Notes under the pieces: model-generated
What the model was told of the DNA's origin: nothing
What the model saw: only the letters and a program-made list of their open reading frames with translations
Databases searched by the model: none
Part shown: piece by piece, positions 36,421 to 49,894 of the stretch
Position numbering within the stretch: the stretch's first letter is position 1
Layout: each line of letters starts with the position of its first letter
Assembly: GCF_001194135.2 (NCBI RefSeq)
Contig: NC_068989.1
Location: 6,617,515-6,681,514, forward strand
Source: Octopus bimaculoides
Lineage: Eukaryota
Direction of reading: 5' to 3'
DNA: 64,000 nt
Made by a program: the position numbers and the translations under genes

Positions 36421-36755
36421 GCAGTCACAGGATCGCGGTTTCGATTCCCAGACCGGGCGATGTGAGTGTTTATTGAGCGAAAACACCTAAAGCTCCATGA
36501 GGCTCCGGCAGGGGTTGGGTGGCGAACTCTGCTATATTCTTGCACCACAACTTTCTCTCACTCTTTCTTCCTGTATCTGTCGTATCTATATTTCAAAGGG
36601 CCAGCCTTGTCTCACTCTGTGTCACGCTGAATCTCCCCTAGAACTACGTTAACGGTACACTTGTCTGAGCAGTGCTCAGCCATTTGTACGTTAATTTTAC
36701 CAGAAGGCTGTTCCGTTCAACTGGAACCCGCCTCGTCGTAACCGACGGAGTCCCA
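36421..36755 (+). mobile_element. SINE family C, lacking the first ~35 nt
   Basis: GGATCGCGGTTTCGATTCCCAGACCGGG...CTCGTCGTAACCGACGGAGTCCC. Confidence 0.95.
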
Positions 36756-37554
36756 CGATTTAAGCCCTTTACGGCCACACTTGTATACTTATGACTCGCC
36801 ATCACATAACAGTCACTAACACTGCCTCCCTCTAGTGAGCACTTCTAACAAGTACAACTGCATTCATAATTTATAGAGCTGTGTTATGGTCAGACGGAGG
36901 GAAAGATAGTGTAGAGGTTTATGGAACGACGTCAGGCTATGATGAATTACGAACCTAAAATACCATCGAACGAATTGTACAACAGCTGCTTACCCACGCG
37001 TCCGTCACATCAGGTCATGCATTGGATAATATATCAAGAAGCTAGTGTTCGAAACCGCGTCGCATTAAGATAATTAACTCATTTATCATTTGGTTATGAG
37101 CCGCACAGCACGAGTGGAGACGAAATGCTGGGCTCTGTCGGATCTGTTCTGCTATGTGTAATAATTATCTATGACATTTTAAATTGAAGTCGAAGCAATG
37201 ACGAGGTGGAAATAATTTAAAAACAAAATAATGCAAATTCTAAGCTGTTTAAAAAAAAAATAAACAGAGGGAGTCTTTTTGTTTTCTTTTTCGATACATG
37301 GAGAGCTTTGTCTTTTTAAACATGGTGGTTAATTAGTGACAAGTTGGAACATTTGTATATATTAAGGCAAAACACAGGAAAATGTCACAAAGTGAATACT
37401 TTACCTATACAGGTATTCTATTCTCTCTTTGTGAATGGTATTTCTTTGAGGCAATGAAGGTGAAAATACTTGCTGATGTTGTTGTAGTTGTAGCAATAGT
37501 CACAGTTGTCGTTCTTCCTCTCCTTTTTCTTCGGTTCCTTCTTTTTTTTTTCAT

Positions 37555-37712
37555 CTCCCCTCCTTCGTCTCCTCCTTATTTTTCGTCTACTCTTCCCCTT
37601 CCTCCGTCTCCTCCTCCTTATTTTTCGTCTACTCTTCCCCTTCCTCGTCCTTCGTCTCCTCCTCCTTATTTTTCGTCTAATCTTCCTCTTCCTCCTACTT
37701 CGTCTCCTCCTC
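37555..37712. repeat. ~45 bp pyrimidine-rich minisatellite, about 3.5 units
   Basis: CGTCTCCTCCTTATTTTTCGTCTACTCTTCCCCTTCC recurs. Confidence 0.9.
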
Positions 37713-37748
37713 AAACAGTTGTATACACAGGAGTGTAAAACAATACCG

Positions 37749-37995
37749 TGAAGGCATGTGACTCAGTGGCTAGGATATCCGGTTCATAGTTGTAAGGACG
37801 AGAGTTCGATTCCTGACAGCGCGTTTTATCTTTGAATAAAAAACAATATTTCACATTGTTCCAGTCTACCAAGCTGGCAAAAATAAGCTTCACTTGTAAT
37901 TCAAAGGGCCAGCCTTGACATATTCTGTGTCACACCGAACCCTCTTGAGAAATACGTTAAGGGTATGCGTGTTTGTGGAGTACTCGGCCAAGTAG
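37749..37995 (+). mobile_element. SINE with a different tRNA-like head and body but the family C 3' module
   Basis: GTGACTCAGTGGCTAGG..GAGTTCGATTCCTGAC, body TTTCACATTGTTCCAGTCTACCAAGCTGGCAAAAAT, then TTCAAAGGGCCAGCCTTG. Confidence 0.8.
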
Positions 37996-38260
37996 CGTGC
38001 TAGTAAAACTACACCACTGTGAGATATATATATACAACTAAATATATACGGTTACATGCTAAGAGGTCTGATATATACGCGAGTAACAAAATACGTCAAA
38101 ACTCCAATGAACTATGGATTGGTGGACTTGAGGTGTTGGAGACTCTCTTTTATAATACTGACAATGGTATCGCAATTTCTTGCTGAACAACCTGCTCAGA
38201 TGATTTGCTTATAGTAATCAAATGTTATATATATATATATATCTATATATATGCACACGT

Positions 38261-38306
38261 TGCTACTCTAGGCACAAGGCCCGAAATTTTGTGGCCCCAG
38301 TACGCA
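38261..38306 (-). mobile_element. SINE family A tail fragment
   Basis: CTACTCTAGGCACAAGGCCCGAAATTTT..CCCCAGTACGCA. Confidence 0.8.
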
Positions 38307-38529
38307 ATATAATTTTGATAACTTTGAGCTAGTATAGGCCCTATATATATATATATATATATATATATGACGTATGCCATTCATTTTACCACGTCTGTAC
38401 ATGTACATAAAATGTTAAAAAATCCTGAATTTATCCATAATTCATCTCCACACAAACAATATTCATTATTTAAATTTTATTACATTTCTTTCATACGCGT
38501 ACACCAGTCCTACACATAAACACGGGTGA

Positions 38530-38577
<48 letters not shown>

Positions 38578-38989
38578 GCATTGCTTATGTAGGTACAGGA
38601 ATACATACTATCTACATTTGCACATTTTCATCAATTAATAGACTTTCAATTTCCAATTAGTTATTTCAGGAAGACAGAAAATGCATACGTTCATACATAA
38701 ATATAGACATACACATCGCGCTCTCTCACTCACCATATATATATATCCCCCCTCTCTCTATATATATCTATCTATCTACCTATCTATCTATCTATATGTA
38801 TATCTACCTATCTATTTGCACATATGTTCATTTACTTATGTAAGCATTCATGAATTCAAATATTTTATCCGCTCATCAAAAAACTTATCGTTATTTACCA
38901 TCGCAAACATCTAACACAACTTAATATTTATTGTTGCAGTCAATATTCATTGATGGGCAAAATTTTATGCATTAGAGTTAGTAATATGA

Positions 38990-39112
38990 ACCTGTGTGTG
39001 TGTGTGTCTGTCTGTCTGTGTACACGTACACACGAGCACACGCACACATACATACATATATATACATATATATACATACGTACATATATACATATATTTA
39101 TATTTACTTATG

Positions 39113-39163
<51 letters not shown>

Positions 39164-39269
39164 CTCTGTATATATATATGTATGTGTATGTATGCATATC
39201 TATGTATATATATGTATATCAATGTGTGTATATATATGTATATCAATGTGTATATATATATGTATATCA

Positions 39270-39307
<38 letters not shown>

Positions 39308-39333
39308 ATGTGTATATATATATATATATATCA

Positions 39334-39407
<74 letters not shown>

Positions 39408-39430
39408 ATAAATATATCTGTATATATGTA
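38990..39430. repeat. (TA)n array with TATATCAATGTG(TA)n units
   Basis: Direct inspection. Confidence 0.9.
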
Positions 39431-39455
39431 TATCCGTGTGTGATTGTGTGTATGT

Positions 39456-39805
39456 GGAGGCACAATGACCCAGTGGTTAGGGCAGCGGACTCGAAGTCGT
39501 AGGATCGCGGTTTCGACTCCCAGACCGGACGTTGTGAGTGTTTATTGAGGATGAGGGGTAGACGAACCATGCTGTACTCTTTCACCATAACTTTCTCTCA
39601 CTCTTTCTTCCTGTTTCTGTAGCACACCTGTATTTCAAAGGGCCAGCCTTGTCAAACTCTGTGTCACGCTGAATCTCCCCGAGAACTACGTTAAGGGTAC
39701 ACGTGTCTGTGGAGTGCTCAGCCACTTGCATGTTAATTTCACGAGCAGGCTTTTCCGTTGATCGGATCAACTGGAACCTTCGTCGTCGTAACCAACGGAG
39801 TACCA
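39456..39805 (+). mobile_element. SINE family C, full length with an internal deletion
   Basis: tRNA-like head GGAGGCACAATGACCCAGTGGTTAGGGCAGCGGACTCGAAGTCGTAGGATCGCGGTTTCGACTCCC (A and B boxes, Arg-like TCG loop). Confidence 0.95.
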
Positions 39806-40218
39806 CGACGATAAATATATATATGTGTGTGTATACATGAAATTTCTCTCTTTTGATACCTTCAATTTTCTTTTACTGTCACCTCAGCACTGCTCGGTTC
39901 CACCCATTTATGTAGGCAACAAAACTTCCAGAAAGCAGGAAGTGCTTTGCTGATTCAAGTTTTGTAACTCTGGGCCGGATATTTCTACCATCCTCAGTAG
40001 TCGTTCTTTCAAACCTACCTATCACTCTCTCTCTCTTGAGCCAGATATAACGGTTTGTTTCGTCACTTTTTGCTGCTGCTTATAAGTTTCTGACATCTTG
40101 TTTTCTTTTGCTGGCAGATAATCCAAAGTTCCTGAGCATTTCATCCTGTTTCCGATAAATCGTCTAATCCTCTAATACCTCTATCTCTCTCTGTGTCTAT
40201 CTCTTTATCGCTCTCTCA

Positions 40219-40261
<43 letters not shown>

Positions 40262-40613
40262 TCCCTCTCTCTGTTCATCGAGGTTTGATGGTATGTTTCA
40301 TGACGTGTTCCTGTTATATTAGGATTTCTTCGGCTACCACCAGAGATTCGACCTCCAGGCCCTAAATGCCAGGTCGCTACCAAGCAACCAATACTCTGAG
40401 ATTAATCCTCCTACTCGTCCTCGTGCTCCACCACTTGCTCGTTAGCTACTGCTCCCCCCTCTCCTCCTAGCTTCCTCCTTCTTCCTCTTCATTTTCCACT
40501 TCTCTTTCTTCATCATATATATACATATATATATATATGCCTGTGTATACGCATGTATACACATGGACAGATACACACACATACATATATGCTTATCAAT
40601 ACACTTGTGATGA

Positions 40614-40664
<51 letters not shown>

Positions 40665-41704
40665 GGGNNNNNNNNNNNNNNNNNNNNNNNNNNNNNNNNN
40701 NNNNNNNNNNNNNNNNNNNNNNNNNNNNNNNNNNNNNNNNNNNNNNNNNNNNNNNNNNNNNNNNNNNNNNNNNNNNNNNNNNNNNNNNNNNNNNNNNNNN
40801 NNNNNNNNNNNNNNNNNNNNNNNNNNNNNNNNNNNNNNNNNNNNNNNNNNNNNNNNNNNNNNNNNNNNNNNNNNNNNNNNNNNNNNNNNNNNNNNNNNNN
40901 NNNNNNNNNNNNNNNNNNNNNNNNNNNNNNNNNNNNNNNNNNNNNNNNNNNNNNNNNNNNNNNNNNNNNNNNNNNNNNNNNNNNNNNNNNNNNNNNNNNN
41001 NNNNNNNNNNNNNNNNNNNNNNNNNNNNNNNNNNNNNNNNNNNNNNNNNNNNNNNNNNNNNNNNNNNNNNNNNNNNNNNNNNNNNNNNNNNNNNNNNNNN
41101 NNNNNNNNNNNNNNNNNNNNNNNNNNNNNNNNNNNNNNNNNNNNNNNNNNNNNNNNNNNNNNNNNNNNNNNNNNNNNNNNNNNNNNNNNNNNNNNNNNNN
41201 NNNNNNNNNNNNNNNNNNNNNNNNNNNNNNNNNNNNNNNNNNNNNNNNNNNNNNNNNNNNNNNNNNNNNNNNNNNNNNNNNNNNNNNNNNNNNNNNNNNN
41301 NNNNNNNNNNNNNNNNNNNNNNNNNNNNNNNNNNNNNNNATATAGGCACGTTTTTGTTCTCTTCTATTTTTAATTATTTGAAGTTTTCCTGTAAGGAACG
41401 AGCTGGTTTCTAACAAAGACTCAACGCGCCATCACTGGAATGTAGCCAACAAATATATAATTAAATACATAAATATATAAATATATAAATATATATAAAA
41501 TGTCACATTTTGAATTTGAGAAAATCTTTGCATTTCTTTTTTTACCGGTTTCGCTCGGAGATTGTAATTGTACATCTTATGTACGCATGTTCGTATCTCT
41601 CTCTGTCTGTATGTCTATCCATTTATTCGTTTTCCTCTTCCTTCTTTCTCCCCCTCTCTCTCCCTATACACATAGACATATATATATATATAAATACATG
41701 TGTC

Positions 41705-41749
<45 letters not shown>

Positions 41750-41894
41750 ACATAATAATGCATCAAGTCGACAACTGGAATACATGGTCTTACGTTTAAT
41801 TCTTTAGTTACGTGCGTTTCGACTCTATATGTAATGAATATATTCAAGACTGTAAATCTTGATACGAACATGAATATACATGAATATAAATTGT

Positions 41895-42078
41895 CCAGCA
41901 ATTTTGAGGGCGGGGTTAAATCGAATACTTAGACCCTAGTACTCAACGGTGCCTATTTCACCAACCACTAAATGGTGACGGGCAGTTTACCTCGGCGGAA
42001 TTCGAACTCAGAACTTATTGACAAGCGAAATGCCGCTAAGCATTTCGTCCGACGTGTTAATGATTTTTCCAACACGCC
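41895..42078 (-). mobile_element. SINE family A, decayed
   Basis: CCTCGGCGGAATTCGAACTCAGAAC...GAAATGCCGCTAAGCATTTCGTCCGAC. Confidence 0.85.
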
Positions 42079-42579
42079 AACTGAAATAATTTTGCAATAT
42101 TACAACATATTACAAGATAAGAGTCAGAGATGACAAATGAATGAACGATTATCTTTTGAACTTTATTAGGTTACAGCCGTTTCTGCTCTACATGCAGTGA
42201 ACTCATAGCTGAGCACTTGAGCAACATCAGCGCCTCGAATGTGAAATCCAAAATACAATGTAATTCTTTTCCTCAAATAAATTGCACTTCATATTCTATG
42301 TTCCGATGAAGCTGTAAGGTGTTGCCCAGGCACTCATCTTAGAGCAGAAACAGTGGTAAGAGTATGAAGTTCATAAGATAATCAATTATTCTTTTGTTAT
42401 CTCTCTTTCTTATTACCGCTCGATACTCAGCCAACTCTTCGTTCAGAAACAAACGTATATTGAGTTCTACATCGAGTTATTGGTCTCGCAATGCGTAACC
42501 GAATTACTACAACATATTAGAATATGCGCATCTATCTGAGAAAGTGTCCAAAGTAACACAATTTACTCTTGTATATTCT

Positions 42580-43023
42580 TTTATTCTTTAATTCATTTCC
42601 TTGTTTCAGTCATTTCACTGAGGCCATGCTGGAGCACCGCCTCGAAAGTTTTTTTTTAGTCGAACAATCAGACCCAGGAGTCTTTTTGTTTATCTATTTT
42701 CAAAATCTAATATTTATTCTACCGGTCACTTTGCTGAACCGCTAAGTTACAGGGAATTAAACACACAAACACCGGTTGTCAAATGTTGATGGGGAGAAAA
42801 ACACTGCCAGAAAGACGCACACACACACAGAGATACACGCTAGATATATACATACTTATACACACGGACACGCATATATACGACGGGCTTTTTAAGTTTT
42901 CGCCTACCAAACCCCCTCACTGGGCTTTAGAAGACACTCGCCCAAGGTGCTACGTAGTAGGACTGAACCCGGAATCATGTGGTTGGTTAGCAAGCTACTT
43001 ACCACACAGCCACTCCTGTGCCT
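42580..43023 (-). mobile_element. SINE family B, full length
   Basis: CTTGTTTCAGTCATT...GGCCATGCTGGAGCACCGCC...GCAAGCTACTTACCACACAGCCACTCCTGTGCC. Confidence 0.95.
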
Positions 43024-43235
43024 ATAATTATGATTTTATTAAATATATTTTCCTCTGAGATTCACACACTTATTGCAGCGCTCCTTCAGTTTGTCTAAGA
43101 ACCCTCAAAGAACTTGGAAGGTTGGGCCTCTAACCAGGCTTTCCGCACCCTTAAAGCCTGGGACTTTTCAGCACCGCCTAAATGTCAGCGCGAAAGCGTG
43201 TGCATGTGTGAATCGGCAGCATTCCATGCTGTATC

Positions 43236-43377
43236 CGTCAACCAAATTCAAACAGAAAGCATTGGTTAACCAGGAATGATAGCACACACTTCCCCAAGGT
43301 GCTGCACAGTGGAACTGAAACCGAAAGCTCGTAGTTGTTCTGCTTAGTTTCTTAACCACATAGCCATACCTTCGCCT
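43236..43377 (-). mobile_element. SINE family B-like 5' part, decayed
   Basis: CACTTCCCCAAGGTGCTGCACAGTGGAACTGAAACC...TTAACCACATAGCCATAC. Confidence 0.8.
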
Positions 43378-43869
43378 AATATTCGATAAACATCGAACTA
43401 CAGACTGTTTATTAATTTGAAACACTTTCCACAATGCTATATTAAATATTTATATTAAGGTGAAGTGGTGTGATGAAAGCAATGCGTTAGTGTGCGGTAA
43501 AATTATTTTGTAGTAAATATAACGCCTCCAGCGTTGTAGTTGTAATATACAGCAGAATAATCGTGCCCAATTAAGTGATATAATTAAGGAGTTAATATAG
43601 TAATAGAAGTAAACAAACTTGAACAATATAATTAAATGATTCAGTTTAAGTTGAAATTCACAGTATTCACAAATATTTTAAATGTAAGTAGTTTGTTAGA
43701 CAATTCGTAATTTTTCACAATTTAATTTTCATGTCCGTTTATTGTGTAGTCATAAAGGGAAAATTATATTAGCGTAAACAAGAAAACCAACATATATTAA
43801 TATTATGAGGAGACACACACATATACGTGCGCATGCGAACTCATATGCACACACACGTTTGTGTACATA

Positions 43870-43889
43870 TGCATATACATACATGTATG

Positions 43890-43941
<52 letters not shown>

Positions 43942-44030
43942 AAATATCTACATATTGTATATATATATATTTATATATATAATATATATATATATACATA
44001 AAATATCTACATATTGTATATACATATATT

Positions 44031-44074
<44 letters not shown>

Positions 44075-44248
44075 TATATATAATGTATATATATATATAT
44101 ATGTGTGTGTGTGTATATATGTATATATATATATATATATATAAATATATGTATATGTGTGTATGTACATGCATATATGTACACATATATATACGTGTAC
44201 ATATGTATACGCGTATATAACGACAAACGCTTGATATTATACACACGA

Positions 44249-44295
<47 letters not shown>
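43870..44295. repeat. (TA)/(CA) array with a duplicated ACATAAAATATCTACATATTG unit
   Basis: Direct inspection. Confidence 0.9.
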
Positions 44296-44296
<1 letters not shown>

Positions 44297-45032
44297 GACT
44301 ACGCCGTGCCTGGATATCACGTTGTTATTATAAAGGTGTGTTCCGTCATTCCATAGTATTCCTACACACATATACAAACTCGTAATGTACTCAGACACCT
44401 ATATAAATATATGCACACACAGACACAAACGCGTGCATTCAATCACATATTGGTATGTAATCAATGCATAAACATGGCATCGAATTTCATTACAGAGGCT
44501 TTGGAACTCTATTGAATCCTTTGTGTGTTGAAAATTACTCCCTAAAAATTTCTGCTTAATACAATCTTATTAAAAGCACCGGTTATCATCTTTGGATAAA
44601 TGAAAAAGAAACGTTTCTTTTAGCGGAGATTGTAGCAGTAATAAAGCAGTGAAATTAAAGTGTTAAATAATTGATGAATTAAAACCACGTAATGATGTAC
44701 CCTATGGCAAGAACAGAAACCGCAATAACATATTACAGATGGTACAACTATCAAGCGAAATTCCTGTGGGTTTTTGAATTACATCTCAACACTTATATTA
44801 ATTTTGGCAAGACGAGGGAAAATCCTTGCATCAGTTTACAAGAAGAGGAGGGATTGATACTGCAATACAGCATTTCTCAACTACTCCCTGGTTATTGTGA
44901 AGCAATTAAGCCAGCCATCTACGTTTAGTAGAAAAGTATTAAGCAGATACTGTGGTCTACTTCTCAAGAAAACTGGAACAACGCGACCCCATGTTCAAGA
45001 CAGAAACAACGAAAATATCACTGGTATGTTAC

Positions 45033-45354
45033 GCGGTGAGCTGTCAGAATTGTTAGTAATCTTCCGCCGAGGCGGTGAGCTGGCAGGAACGTTAGCACGA
45101 CGGGCGAAATGCTTAGCGGTATTTCGTCTGTCTTTGTGTTCTGAGCTCAAATTCCGCTGAGGTCGACTTTGCCTTTCATCCTTTCGGGGTCGATAAATTA
45201 AGTACCAGTTACGCTCTGGGGTCGATGAAATCGACTTGATCCCTTCGTCTGTCCTTGTTTGTCCCCTCTATGTTTAGCTCCTTGTGGGCAATAAAGAAAG
45301 AAGAAACGTTAGCACACCGGGTGAAATGCTTAGCAGTATTTCATCTCTCTTTAC
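45033..45354 (+). mobile_element. SINE A head fragment plus dimeric SINE A with a truncated second monomer
   Basis: Long tail CCTTGTGGGCAATAAAGAAAGAAGAA continues into ACGTTAGCACACCGGGTGAAATGCTTAGC. Confidence 0.95.
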
Positions 45355-45369
45355 CTATCGCGGGGGATT

Positions 45370-45497
45370 TCGCAAAACATTGGTTAAGCAAAGCCTACAG
45401 TAGAATATTCACCAATGATGCAGCGCAGTGGAACTGAAACCGCAGCCGCGAGGTAACAAAGCGAACTTCATAACCACACAGCCATGATTGCGCCTAT
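45370..45497 (-). mobile_element. SINE family B-like 5' part, decayed
   Basis: GCAGTGGAACTGAAACC...TAACCACACAGCCATGATTGCGCC. Confidence 0.7.
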
Positions 45498-46158
45498 GTA
45501 TTGATTTTTCACTTTGCATCTGATATTGATATCCTGTTTTCCAATATTTTCCCTGATTACGTTGATTTCTTTTTGTTTTTTTGTTGTTTTTTTTGAGAGA
45601 GAGAGAGAACTGATCAATTTTGGTTGTGTGTGATCTCATATCAATCGATCTCTGTTACTCCGCATCTGATGTCCGATGGAAACCGCAGCACAGCATTGTA
45701 TGATATTCAATGCCTAAAAGCTGCGAGTTTTAATTTATGCCGTGTTCCTTAGCAACTTGATCACAATAACATCAAGTCAGTAGGGTTTTTTTTTTCTATC
45801 GTCTCGTTCCATAACTTCTCTTGCATTTGATGGTTTGTCGATGTAAACAGCCAAGTCTTGCTTGAAAATTACCGCCGGCTCCTTTTCGAGATCTTGAACA
45901 CTTCACTCACTTTAAGTTTGCCACGATCCTCCCTAAGGAGCTGCCACATCGTATTTATCTCATGGAGATAACCAGCTACCTGCCTTATTTACTCGTGTAT
46001 ACGTCGCAGTATTTTATACTTAATTTAAACTAAAAAACAAACATTGCGGTTGCGACTTATCCAAGAGGCAATGCTAAAGCTATGAATAAAAAAAAAACTT
46101 TACTAAGATTTAATATTAAATTAGAAGTACGAAGTATGCACGAATAAATACGGTAGTT

Positions 46159-46294
46159 TAAGGCGACGAGCTGGCAGAAACGTTAACACGCCGGGTGAAA
46201 TGCTTAGCGGTGTTTCGTCTGTCTTTACATTCTGAGTTCAAATTCCGCCGTGGTCGACTTTGCCTTTCATCCTTTCGGAGTCGATAAATTAAGT
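46159..46294 (+). mobile_element. SINE family A, 3'-truncated
   Basis: AAGGCGACGAGCTGGCAGAAACGTTA...GGAGTCGATAAATTAAGT. Confidence 0.95.
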
Positions 46295-46799
46295 TTGCAG
46301 ACATAGTATCAAAGATACACGTTCAGTTTCATACCCGTTATTGTTGGAGCTGCAGATTATATATCAACCCGCTTGGACTAAAGTGTAATTGAACAGAGAA
46401 TTGTGGAAGAAAAAAATAGAACTCTTAAATTCATAAACTAAAAATGGCCGCAATATTTGGAACTTAAATACTTGTAAAATGTTCATACGATTCAAAGGAT
46501 GGATACTTACATAAGAAACGATGACAATTTCCTTTAGTTTACAACCTTGCCACGGGGAAGGTGGCCAATCAAAAATAAACCAAAAATTAATAAAAAGAGT
46601 GAGCATACATGCAAAGATAATTGAGGGTTATCAGGTCGGAATATGTTTGTCATATTGCTGTGGCCGCGCCATTGCTGCTGGCGGGCGAATCGTGGTGTTT
46701 AATAATGGTAGGTTTACGGACAATGTCCCCAACAAGCATTCAGATGTGTTATTAATAAATAGCTAATTGACACGAAGATTAATGATCTAATGATAGTAC

Positions 46800-47460
46800 T
46801 CTACAAGGAAAAGGAGGTGGGAATGAGATTAAGGGTGGGCGTGAGGAGTTGGAGAAAGAGGAAGAGGAGGAGGATTGAGAATTTTTTGGGTTGGAAAGCA
46901 AGAAGAGAGGTTGAGAGAGAAGGAATACAAAAGTTGCGGTTGATTATGTAACATATGAATGAATGAATAACAGAGAGAGGGGGAAGGAAAGAAGAGAAGA
47001 GATAGGGGGAAAGTGAGAGGGAGAGGTGGGGGAAAGAGAGGGGATACTGCTAGCAAAAAGAGTAGATGTACGTGAAGGATAACGGACGACATATTGAGAA
47101 ATGCCGAAGAAGTAAGATAGAAAGAAAGAAGGGAGTGAGTAACTGTTGTAAAAGGAGAGGAGAAAGGATAGAGACTAAATGAGAAACGAAAATAGAGGGA
47201 GAAACAAAAATAGAGGGAGAGAAAGATGAGAGGGAGTGAGAGAGGTAGGATGAGGGAGAGAGAGAGAGAGAGGAAAACGGAGCAAAGTGATTGGGGAGGA
47301 GAGAGGGATAATGGACGATTGAAAGAGGAAAGGAAGAGCAGAGGAGAACGAACGTGTGGCAGAGGAAGAAAGACTGAAAGAGATTAGAAATGGAGAGAAA
47401 GAAAGAGATTAGAAATGGAGAGAAAGAAATAGATTTTGTATTGATTGAGTGAATAGGTCG
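46800..47460. repeat. Purine-rich (GA) low-complexity tract
   Basis: Direct inspection. Confidence 0.8.
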
Positions 47461-47502
47461 GCCATTCGTGAGCAGACGATAGAAATTATAAAGAGAAGAG
47501 CA

Positions 47503-47568
<66 letters not shown>

Positions 47569-48150
47569 NNNNNNNNNNNNNNNNNNNNNNNNNNNNNNNN
47601 NNNNNNNNNNNNNNNNNNNNNNNNNNNNNNNNNNNNNNNNNNNNNNNNNNNNNNNNNNNNNNNNNNNNNNNNNNNNNNNNNNNNNNNNNNNNNNNNNNNN
47701 NNNNNNNNNNNNNNNNNNNNNNNNNNNNNNNNNNNNNNNNNNNNNNNNNNNNNNNNNNNNNNNNNNNNNNNNNNNNNNNNNNNNNNNNNNNNNNNNNNNN
47801 NNNNNNNNNNNNNNNNNNNNNNNNNNNNNNNNNNNNNNNNNNNNNNNNNNNNNNNNNNNNNNNNNNNNNNNNNNNNNNNNNNNNNNNNNNNNNNNNNNNN
47901 NNNNNNNNNNNNNNNNNNNNNNNNNNNNNNNNNNNNNNNNNNNNNNNNNNNNNNNNNNNNNNNNNNNNNNNNNNNNNNNNNNNNNNNNNNNNNNNNNNNN
48001 NNNNNNNNNNNNNNNNNNNNNNNNNNNNNNNNNNNNNNNNNNNNNNNNNNNNNNNNNNNNNNNNNNNNNNNNNNNNNNNNNNNNNNNNNNNNNNNNNNNN
48101 NNNNNNNNNNNNNNNNNNNNNNNNNNNNNNNNNNNNNNNNNNNNNNNNNN

Positions 48151-48199
<49 letters not shown>

Positions 48200-48733
48200 A
48201 AAATGTATATATATAAAAATGTATATATATATATATGTGTATATATATATACGTATGTATTTGTGTCTGTGTTTTTAAACAAATGAGTGAATACAGGTTT
48301 CAATACGGCTATAGATCTACTAAATATAGACAGAAATTTTCGCCGACGAAACTTCAATAAAGTTAGATTCTAAGTTTCTGTCAGTAAACATTATATAATC
48401 GTACACACAAACACACACATTCACACACACACATACACTCACACACAAACACACACACTCATACACACATACACATACATGTACGAAAGAGTGGTGAAGC
48501 GGGAGAGAAGGAAGAGGAAATATAATGCCGGAGACGGGAAATCGCTCGATTTATACTTATGCGGTTAACTAAGCTATCATTAACGATGGATCGGGTCGCA
48601 TTGAGGGGAAAATATGAAGCAACAGAAAGACAGAAAGTGAAATATATCTGGATATATATGTATTCATATATGGTAGCTGTCTGCTCCAAGGAAGGCCAGA
48701 CATATTCTTTTACGTATAATTGCTCTTTCCTCT

Positions 48734-48895
48734 GCGTGGCTGCGTAGTGAGAAGTTTGCTTCCTAACCACATTGTTCTGGATTCAGATCCATTGCGTGGA
48801 ACCTCGGACAGGTGTCTTCTCCTACAGCCTCGGCTCAACCAAAGTCTTGTGAGTGGATTTGGAGGACGAAAACTAAAGGATGCTCGTCGTATATA
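48734..48895 (+). mobile_element. SINE family B, 5' half
   Basis: GCGTGGCTGCGTAGTGAGAAG...GTGTCTTCTCCTACAGCCTCGG...GCTCGTCGTATATATG. Confidence 0.85.
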
Positions 48896-48937
<42 letters not shown>

Positions 48938-48947
48938 NNNNNNNNNN

Positions 48948-48996
<49 letters not shown>

Positions 48997-49000
48997 ATAT

Positions 49001-49430
49001 AGGCGAAAGAGTGGTTGTATGGTAAGAAGCTTGCTTTTCAACTACATGGTTCCGGGTTCAGTCTCACTGTATGGTACCTTGGACAAGTGTCTTCTACTAT
49101 AGCCTTAGCCCGACCAAATCCTTGTGAGTGGATTTCGTAGACGGAAACTGAAAGAAGCCCGTCGTATTTATATATATATATATATATATGTGTGTGGGGG
49201 GGGGTATGCATGTGTGTGCGTGGGTGTATGCCTGTGCTTGACCCCACCATTGCTGGAGAACCGATGTTGGCATGTTTACGTCTCCGTAACTTAACGGTTT
49301 GGCAAAAGCGACCGATAGAATAAGCACTAGGCTTACAAAGAATAAGTCCTGGGGTCAATTCGTTCGAGTAAAGGCGTTGCTCCAGCAATGCCGCACTCAA
49401 ATGACTGAAAGAAGTAAAAGAATAAAAGAA
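49001..49430 (+). mobile_element. SINE family B, full length
   Basis: GGTTCCGGGTTCAGTC..CCTTGGACAAGTGTCTT..AAGCCCGTCG..AAATGACTGAAAGAAGTAAAAGAATAAAAGAA. Confidence 0.95.
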
Positions 49431-49457
49431 TATGTGTGTTTGTGTCTGTATTTGTCC

Positions 49458-49497
49458 AATAATAATAATAATAATAATAATAATGATGATACTGCTG

Positions 49498-49528
<31 letters not shown>

Positions 49529-49630
49529 TGCTGCTGCTGCTGTTTTTGCTGCTACTATTACTACTAATTTTGTCGTCATCATCATCGTTGTCTACAGCAT
49601 CATTATCATTATCACCATCGTCGTCATCGC
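49458..49630. repeat. Serial trinucleotide repeats (AAT, ACT, GCT, ATC)
   Basis: Direct inspection. Confidence 0.9.
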
Positions 49631-49894
49631 TACAAGAAACAGTCTGAAAAGCTAACACAAACGAAACCTCTGCCGCCACCGCCAGCCTTTTACCCCAAAC
49701 GCACCCACACCCATCTCTGCTACAGCCAATTCCACAGAAACCAAAAACACAAAACACAATAAAACCAATAAAGAAATCCTGATTAACCGTTTCCGATCAC
49801 ACACAGAGTTCGATGTTGACTGATGCTTCCCACATTTGTTTGTTTCTCTGTAGTTCAGACAGCGAAAGTTAGTGTATGTATGGTCAGCGATGCA

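Noticed and set aside
36992-37004. ACCCACGCGTCCG matches the SalI/MluI cDNA adapter
   Set aside because: Embedded in continuous genomic sequence with no junction; most likely chance.
37555-37712. CRISPR-like repeat array
   Set aside because: Tandem units have no unique spacers, the context is eukaryotic, and there are no cas genes.
39456-39530. tRNA gene (Arg-like)
   Set aside because: No proper acceptor stem; it continues into a SINE body repeated elsewhere in the window.
45850-45985. Minus-strand peptide MWQLLREDRGKLKVSEVFKISKRS as a mariner HTH or exon (donor AAA|GTGAGT)
   Set aside because: Similarity is weak, and there is no acceptor tract and no further transposase motifs.
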